Below are positions 1 through 4,546 of a stretch of DNA of 36,490 nucleotides, in pieces (the first letter of the stretch is position 1; each line of letters opens with the position of its first letter). Under the pieces are notes generated by a model. It had not been told where the DNA came from. It searched no databases and saw only the letters and a list, made by a program, of their open reading frames with translations. The stretch covers positions 1-36,490 of the forward strand of contig QKEV01000004.1 in assembly GCA_003252295.1 (NCBI GenBank), given 5' to 3'. Both the position numbers and the translations under genes were made by a program. This stretch comes from a bacterium. GTDB lineage: Bacteria; Patescibacteriota; Minisyncoccia; Phycocordibacterales; UBA12088.

Positions 1-701
1 GACTTACGCAACAATACACGCGCAAACTCATGCATTATTGAAAAATTCTTACCCCCTTCCGTATCTTTATTATTAACTAAAATTACAAAAGGTTCTTCGT
101 TAATTAAAGAAAAAGCCCTGCAATCTTCTAACGGAAAACTATCACTAAGACCACTTTTCAAAGTGATAACCCCAGTCTCTTCTATCTTTTCTCTCAGATA
201 TTCAAAAAACCCTTCGTAAGTTTTATATGCAAATTGTTTCTTAATTTCTATACCCAGTTCATCCCTTATGTAGGAAGCTATAGAAATTGGGTTATCTGTT
301 ACTTTATATTTCTTGAATTTAAATTTATTTTCATGATAAGTTTCTGTATATAGCGATGACGCATAATCCTGAATTTTTTTCGCCTTCCTTATTACCAATC
401 TCGTTTCAGGAGTTATGTCTCCACCACTTACTGACCCAAATGTTCTAAAGTCTGGAAGAGTCACATCTTCTTTAGGAGGTTCACTCAAAAAAAACACAGC
501 CAACGGTCTTTTGTATAGAACAGACAATTCCCTGATCTGACTAAATGTAGGGTACTCTGAACCTTCCTCCCAAACCTTAATCTCATCAACTGAAACTTTT
601 GCAGATGAAGGTATTTTTTTCTCAAGCACTTCAAACTTGGGTCCAAAACGATTTATACGAGCCCATTTCATCACTTCTGGTGCATAGGAGATATCATTCA
701 T
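1..701 (-). CDS. XRE-type HTH / ImmA-IrrE (peptidase M78, DUF955)-like protein; C-terminus lies beyond the window edge
   Basis: Own translation of the minus strand from ATG (701-699) gives MNDISYAPEVMKWARINRFGPKFEVLEKK...NKDTEGGKNFSIMHEFARVLLRK. It is open to position 1, so it is absent from the ORF track. The layout and the IMHEFAxxL segment resemble the HExxH region of ImmA/IrrE-type proteins, but the second His is Arg here. Confidence 0.5.
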   Translation of the reverse strand, partial: MNDISYAPEVMKWARINRFGPKFEVLEKKIPSSAKVSVDEIKVWEEGSEYPTFSQIRELSVLYKRPLAVFFLSEPPKEDVTLPDFRTFGSVSGGDITPETRLVIRKAKKIQDYASSLYTETYHENKFKFKKYKVTDNPISIASYIRDELGIEIKKQFAYKTYEGFFEYLREKIEETGVITLKSGLSDSFPLEDCRAFSLINEEPFVILVNNKDTEGGKNFSIMHEFARVLLRK

Positions 702-754
702 AATATAAGTGTATATCAATATAGATACATTACATTTATCGTAATGTGTAAAAA

Positions 755-776
755 CTGTCACTTTTGTCACTTTTTG
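755..776. promoter_or_regulatory. 22-nt motif CTGTCACTTTTGTCACTTTTTG (tandem GTCACTTTT), copy 1
   Basis: Identical 22-mer recurs at 4144-4165. Both copies lie in divergent intergenic regions. Function unknown (operator or promoter element, or part of a transcript). Confidence 0.5.
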
Positions 777-778
777 GT

Positions 779-1825
779 ATGCTGAATATCAACATGAATT
801 CCTTTCAAAAAAAATACAAGGTCCTTAAGGATATCAAAGAAAGAAAGAAATTGACTAAGAAAAAAGATCCCATCAACTTTACTCTCACTTCAAAAGTTGT
901 TGGTGCTAATACAGTTTCAAGTACCGACAGAAGAATGATCATAAGAAAATTGGAAGATGAAAAAGTTATTAAAATTGTTGCACCAACAGAAGAAGCTGAT
1001 TATGTAACTAGTGTTGACTTGCTGGACAGAGTTGACTCTATTTCCATAGAAACACTTCCAAAATTTATATTTATATGTGGATATTACTCACTAATTTCTA
1101 CCGTTCAACAAGTGTCAGGTTTTTTAAAAAACAAAAAATATCTTAATACTGGTTTTATCATTTTGCTTTTAATAACCTTATTATCTGCTGGGTATAAAAT
1201 ATCTGGAATACAAATTGGACCAATCAATCTTGAACCCTCTGAAGAAACACCTCCTCCTCTCTTTAAATACTCTTTTGATTCTAATGAAAAAGTTTTTAAG
1301 GTTACAGGCGATGAAAATGTAGACGTAATCAGTGCAGACTGGTTTATGATTGGTTACTGGGGATGGGAAGAAAACAAGCTCGATTTGAAAAAAGTTAACA
1401 ATCTAGATAAAGAGCTAAGTGTTATGGAAATCCGCGACGCATATGGTACTCCGTTAGTAAACATGCTTCAAAAATGGGGAAAAGATTTAATTGAATGTGA
1501 ATTTTTTAGACTTACTCAAGATGCTTTACCTGTAATGGTAACTACTATTTATGACACAACTGAAAAAACTGGTCTTGAAAACAAAGACCTACTAATCATT
1601 ACTCGAATAGATACCACCAGACCCAATCCAAAAATTTTTATAAGAAATGTCACAGATTACAGTATTGTTAACGATTTTTTTAATAAATATTCTTATCAAA
1701 TTATTGATGCTTCGGAACACATAAAAAATGACTATGAATATAGTAATGAAAACTATACAGGAGGTATTAGGTTAGATAACGGTAAATGTATGATGATTGA
1801 GAATCAACCACTTGGAGGATATTAA
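779..1825 (+). CDS. Hypothetical membrane protein: basic N-terminal region, two predicted TM helices, ~200-aa C-terminal domain
   Basis: ORF track 764-1825 starts at TTG; the first ATG is at 779. Hydrophobic stretches FIFICGYYSLISTV and GFIILLLITLLSAGY. No family recognised. Confidence 0.6.
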   Translation: MLNINMNSFQKKYKVLKDIKERKKLTKKKDPINFTLTSKVVGANTVSSTDRRMIIRKLEDEKVIKIVAPTEEADYVTSVDLLDRVDSISIETLPKFIFICGYYSLISTVQQVSGFLKNKKYLNTGFIILLLITLLSAGYKISGIQIGPINLEPSEETPPPLFKYSFDSNEKVFKVTGDENVDVISADWFMIGYWGWEENKLDLKKVNNLDKELSVMEIRDAYGTPLVNMLQKWGKDLIECEFFRLTQDALPVMVTTIYDTTEKTGLENKDLLIITRIDTTRPNPKIFIRNVTDYSIVNDFFNKYSYQIIDASEHIKNDYEYSNENYTGGIRLDNGKCMMIENQPLGGY

Positions 1826-1920
1826 TGCACGAGACGCGTCGTGAGGTTATTGAAAACTAGTTGAAAATAGCTATACCCTGCTTGGCAGACTGTGGTTCTA
1901 ACCCGAGACGGCCCGCCAAT
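1826..1920 (+). repeat. ~95-nt repeat element, copy 1 (candidate small structured RNA)
   Basis: Starts immediately after the TAA stop codon of the upstream ORF. Aligns with 4169-4262: a 52-nt left arm with 3 mismatches, a 15-nt divergent block, and a 27-nt right arm with 1 indel. Followed by an intrinsic terminator on the + strand. Confidence 0.6.
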
Positions 1921-1927
1921 TAGAGCT

Positions 1928-1970
1928 AGCACGAGACGCGTCAGAAATGACGCGTCTCTGCTCGTTTTGC
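1928..1970 (+). terminator. Rho-independent terminator
   Basis: AGCA(C)GAGACGCGTCA - GAAA - TGACGCGTCTCTGCT forms a 15-bp stem with one bulge, followed by CGTTTTGCTTT. Confidence 0.7.
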
Positions 1971-1984
1971 TTTATAATTTGTAT

Positions 1985-2149
1985 ATGAATGAAAAAGAAT
2001 ATTATTACAACCTGATCAAAGGTTGGCACTCAAAAGCTTCAAGTGATGATTATTTTGGAAAATTCATGTTTGAATACTTAGCATTTATCGCTTACCTTAA
2101 AACTCAGTGGAAAAATGAGCCTGAGTTAATAAGAATGACAGGAAACTGA
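1985..2149 (+). CDS. Small hypothetical protein (54 aa), possibly a gene fragment
   Basis: Internal ATG of track ORF 1892-2149; the upstream part of that ORF runs through the repeat and terminator. Sequence MNEKEYYYNLIKGWHSKASSDDYFGKFMFEYLAFIAYLK... No clear SD and no family assigned. Confidence 0.3.
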   Translation: MNEKEYYYNLIKGWHSKASSDDYFGKFMFEYLAFIAYLKTQWKNEPELIRMTGN

Positions 2150-2299
2150 AAGGTAGTGGTTGTTGATGTGTCTGCAGACACAATTCACTCCACTTTTATC
2201 TATTATACCATTCGGGTTTTTACACCTTCACTTTTTGAGAGTACAGTAAAAACACCGCACTACCTTACACTGTGGTATTTGACTTTAATCCAAAGGACT

Positions 2300-2878
2300 C
2301 TAATTTAGTTTATCGACAAGCATTCGCGCAAGTATGGCTATACGAGCTTCGTCTTTATGTTTTACAAGAGATTGTATGTATTTTTTATCACCCATCGAAA
2401 GATGAGATAGCATTATGCCAGATGACGTAAATGCAAGTATGCCCAAGATCTTGTTTTTTACATCCAAACTACGAGAATAGAGAGCGGTATGAATTGTTTT
2501 TTTATTCAGTAAATATTTACTAGCCACAACCTTGGGAAAGAGCGCACGAAGCGTAGCATTTGTAACTCGGTACTTATTTTTAGAAACATAACTCTCCAAT
2601 AATCTCCCTGACCACTCGTGATCCTTTGACCATCCAAGTAAACTGATTGCTCTTGGTAACTCTTTAGTGTTTTTGTACTTAGCGAGCAAAGACATACACA
2701 GTTCCTTATCTTTTGCTGTTTGAATAAAAGAGGTCTCATGTTTCTGCAAGATCATATCACTGGTACACCACCAATACCCCTTGTCGTATGTCATAACTAA
2801 ATCCACATTTAATTTTTGCTGGTATGTACCCAACAAAGAAACGTATTCTTTCAAGGACTGCATTACATCTTCATTCAT
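2300..2878 (-). CDS. Hypothetical protein (192 aa), downstream of the ATP-grasp gene
   Basis: ORF track. Same strand as the RiPP genes but separated from them by a hairpin. No recognisable motifs and no obvious SD. Confidence 0.5.
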   Translation of the reverse strand: MNEDVMQSLKEYVSLLGTYQQKLNVDLVMTYDKGYWWCTSDMILQKHETSFIQTAKDKELCMSLLAKYKNTKELPRAISLLGWSKDHEWSGRLLESYVSKNKYRVTNATLRALFPKVVASKYLLNKKTIHTALYSRSLDVKNKILGILAFTSSGIMLSHLSMGDKKYIQSLVKHKDEARIAILARMLVDKLN

Positions 2879-2895
2879 TGTGAGTATTGTATAGG

Positions 2896-2925
2896 AAAAT
2901 CGCGGTATTGAAACCGCGATTTTTT
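2896..2925. terminator. Hairpin with flanking A and T tracts (bidirectional terminator-like)
   Basis: AAAATCGCGGT - ATTGAA - ACCGCGATTTT, with a T5 run on the + strand. On the minus strand it follows the ATP-grasp stop codon at 2936. Confidence 0.5.
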
Positions 2926-2935
2926 ATGCCAACTC

Positions 2936-3295
2936 TTAAACCAAATGCCTAACAATGGTCTCACTAATCGGCATTCCAAGTTTAGTTTCCATCCATCCCC
3001 ATCCACCTTGTTGGTTCAGTTCAAGAAAGTAAAACTTGTCATTCACATCCTCAATGAGGTCAAAAACAGCAAATCGTAACTGCAATATCTTTAGCAATTT
3101 TCTACACCTCCCCATAACATCCGTTGGCAATCGATATGGTTTGGATGTCTCAGTTGCTTTTTCATTTTTCCTCCAATCAACATCATTCTTGCTTGCATCA
3201 CCAACACTACAAGCAAAAATTTCCTCATCAACCACAACTACACGTAGTTCCTGTTTTTTCTCGATTTCCTGTTGGAACAAAACAGGAGGATTCAT
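2936..3295 (-). CDS. ATP-grasp RiPP macrocyclase (MdnC/MvdD-like), C-terminal part
   Basis: PVLFQQEIEKKQELRVVVVDEEIFA, DWRK, PYRLP and YFLELNQQGGWGWMETKLGMPISETIVRHL match, from memory, the conserved blocks of microviridin-type ATP-grasp ligases (P.TFQE, ELR..VVG, DWRK, PY.LP, FLE.NP.G.W.E, PIS.AI). Confidence 0.8.
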   Translation of the reverse strand: MNPPVLFQQEIEKKQELRVVVVDEEIFACSVGDASKNDVDWRKNEKATETSKPYRLPTDVMGRCRKLLKILQLRFAVFDLIEDVNDKFYFLELNQQGGWGWMETKLGMPISETIVRHLV

Positions 3296-3852
3296 ATTTC
3301 CAAATGGTTGGCAGTTACCCTGTTTGTAAACAACACGGTATGTTTAGTGCCAGATGACACAATCCTCCCAACCTTTATGGCTTTTGTTATCACCCTCTTG
3401 TGTCTATCCCAAAACTTTCTAAGTTCCACAGAACTGTTAGTGACTATTGTTTCTGGCACCTCAAAACCAACACTCTGCGCAGTCCTGAGCTGCAGAAACT
3501 TTAGATCTGCATTATTAACCGCACTTGGGTAATTCATCCACAGCAATGGTGAGATATCACTTAACGAACCAAGTAGTGTGTCATGTAATTCCTGAATAGC
3601 GAATTGTTGGTATATGTCCTGAAGATTCGAAACAGAAAATGTACCAGCATGACGATACATTGTGTTGTATACGCCAGTAACACTATTTGCAACATCTGTA
3701 AGTTCTGAGGTTACGTGTGTTTGCCAAAGTATTTTATCTTCACCGTATGAATCGGCATCTATGGCAACATGGGGTATGTTTTTTTGAACACAGTAATTCT
3801 GAACAAGAAGTGCGTTGTTGTTGCCTCCTCGCTGAAACAAGACAAGTATCAT
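3292..3852 (-). CDS. ATP-grasp RiPP macrocyclase (MdnC/MvdD-like), N-terminal part
   Basis: KFLQLRTAQSVGFEVPETIVTNSSVELRKFW...VITKAIK...VLFTNRVT aligns with the central block of MdnC-type ligases. I place the start at ATG 3852 (MILVLFQRGG), which has GAGAGGT 4 nt upstream. The track start at 3891 lies inside a hairpin. The stop overlaps the next ORF's start codon as ATGA. Confidence 0.75.
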   Translation of the reverse strand: MILVLFQRGGNNNALLVQNYCVQKNIPHVAIDADSYGEDKILWQTHVTSELTDVANSVTGVYNTMYRHAGTFSVSNLQDIYQQFAIQELHDTLLGSLSDISPLLWMNYPSAVNNADLKFLQLRTAQSVGFEVPETIVTNSSVELRKFWDRHKRVITKAIKVGRIVSSGTKHTVLFTNRVTANHLEI

Positions 3853-3873
3853 AATGACCTCTCTTTTTAAAAC

Positions 3874-3900
3874 AGTCCCGCCATGAGTCATGGCGGGACT
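3874..3900 (-). promoter_or_regulatory. Intercistronic stem-loop between precursor ORF and ligase (attenuator, partial terminator or stabiliser)
   Basis: AGTCCCGCCATGA-G-TCATGGCGGGACT is a near-perfect 27-nt palindrome giving a ~11-12 bp GC-rich stem. On the minus-strand RNA it is followed by GUUUUAAAAAG. Confidence 0.55.
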
Positions 3901-3911
3901 TAGTCAAAATG

Positions 3912-4055
3912 TTAACCAATGCCAGGCAACGGCAAGGTGGGGTTGGGGCCTGCACAGCAGGTATCATCGTCGCATGTCTCAGTTTGGTCGTGTTCGATTT
4001 CCTCTGCAAAAATCATCTGAAAGGGCACATTACCGTTTTCGTTTTGTTCAGACAT
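3912..4055 (-). CDS. Candidate graspetide precursor peptide (47 aa), not in ORF track
   Basis: Own translation gives MSEQNENGNVPFQMIFAEEIEHDQTETCDDDTCCAGPNPTLPLPGIG*. SD AGAGGT lies 5 nt upstream of the ATG at 4055; the stop is TAA at 3914-3912. It sits on the same strand as the ATP-grasp ORF, 59 nt upstream of it. Confidence 0.6.
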   Translation of the reverse strand: MSEQNENGNVPFQMIFAEEIEHDQTETCDDDTCCAGPNPTLPLPGIG

Positions 4056-4095
4056 CTCATACCTCTTTTAGTTAAGTTTCAGTTGACTACTCTCG

Positions 4096-4140
4096 TCTAT
4101 AATCATGTATAACATAGTATTCAAAAAATACAACGGTCAA
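4096..4140 (-). promoter_or_regulatory. Candidate sigma70-type promoter(s) for the precursor/ligase operon
   Basis: Minus strand has TTGACC (4140-4135), an 18-nt spacer and TATGTT (4116-4111). Alternatively TTGAAT (4124-4119), a 17-nt spacer and TATAGA (4101-4096). Pattern match only. Confidence 0.3.
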
Positions 4141-4143
4141 AAT

Positions 4144-4165
4144 CTGTCACTTTTGTCACTTTTTG
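4144..4165. promoter_or_regulatory. 22-nt motif CTGTCACTTTTGTCACTTTTTG, copy 2
   Basis: Identical to 755-776. Lies just upstream of the candidate -35 of the minus-strand RiPP operon and 3 nt before repeat-element copy 2. Confidence 0.5.
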
Positions 4166-4168
4166 AGG

Positions 4169-4262
4169 TGCACGAGACGCGTCGTAAGGTTTTTGAAAAG
4201 TAGTTGAAAATAGCTATACCCCACCTGACGGGGCCTGGTTCTAACCCGAGACGGCCCGCAAT
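4169..4262 (+). repeat. ~95-nt repeat element, copy 2 (candidate small structured RNA)
   Basis: See 1826-1920. The variable block here is CCACCTGACGGGGCC (with the preceding CC it reads CCCC-ACCTGAC-GGGG), against CTGCTTGGCAGACTG in copy 1 (CTGC-TTG-GCAG). Confidence 0.6.
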
Positions 4263-4267
4263 CAACC

Positions 4268-4300
4268 AAAACCAGAGCGTTAGCTCTGGTTTTGTTGTTG
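4268..4300 (+). terminator. Rho-independent terminator
   Basis: AAAACCAGAGC - GTTA - GCTCTGGTTTT followed by GTTGTTGTT. Confidence 0.7.
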
Positions 4301-4455
4301 TTGCGAGAGAGTGTGGTGGTTCGAAAGCCGGAGCAGCGGGTCCCTGCTCGTAATGAAATGAAGAGTGGGGCTGCGAGGCGGGGTCGAAAGTGCTTAGTGT
4401 TTGAGAAGCTTTGCTTTGAATAACACTTAGCAACTCGTGACCGAATCCCACATAA
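4301..4455 (+). other. GC-rich, hairpin-dense non-coding stretch (candidate structured leader or ncRNA, class unknown)
   Basis: Hairpins GAGCAG-CGGGTCC-CTGCTC (4331-4349) and TGCTTAGTGTT...AACACTTAGCA (4391-4432, with an apical AAGC-TTT-GCTT). Possible closing pairs GTGGG (4365-4369) with CCCAC (4446-4450). Only implausible antisense ORFs cover this stretch. Confidence 0.3.
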
Positions 4456-4546
4456 TTTTATAGTAATCTCAGAGCGCAACATGACCACAGGTCGTGTGAG
4501 CAGTGAGATTCCCACCTTCAAAATTCCTCTGCTATACTGGGACTCA

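Noticed and set aside
1891-1920. The end of the repeat element (GGTTCTAACCCGAGACGGCCCGCCA) looks superficially like a tRNA/tmRNA T-arm plus acceptor plus CCA. That would make the repeats tRNA-derived att sites.
   Set aside because: No 5-bp T-stem can be drawn around TTCTAAC: the GG/CC pairs are followed by mismatches. The 5' end of the element is not complementary to the putative acceptor strand. Copy 2 lacks the CCA. No integrase is present.
2147-2299. Possible TGA read-through (genetic code 25, as in some CPR lineages), extending the 54-aa ORF by ~50 codons.
   Set aside because: All long conserved genes (leuS, atpA/D, rnj, gap, tyrS) are intact under the standard code, with no in-frame TGA. 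TGA is used as a stop at coupled ATGA junctions. The extension has no protein-like features.
3853-3891. The longest-ORF start (MTHGGTVLKREVI...) for the ATP-grasp N-terminal ORF.
   Set aside because: These codons lie inside the 27-nt palindromic hairpin and have no SD. The ATG at 3852 has GAGAGGT upstream and gives an N-terminus (MILVLF...) like MdnC-type ligases.
1826-4262. The repeat pair as a DGR template/variable repeat pair, a retron msr-msd (the inverted GCACGAGACGCGTC arms) or integron attC sites.
   Set aside because: - DGR: the differences are not adenine-specific and the repeats are non-coding.
- Retron and DGR: no reverse transcriptase ORF is present anywhere in the window.
- attC: no IntI-type recombinase is present, and the RYYYAAC/GTTRRRY cores are not properly present.
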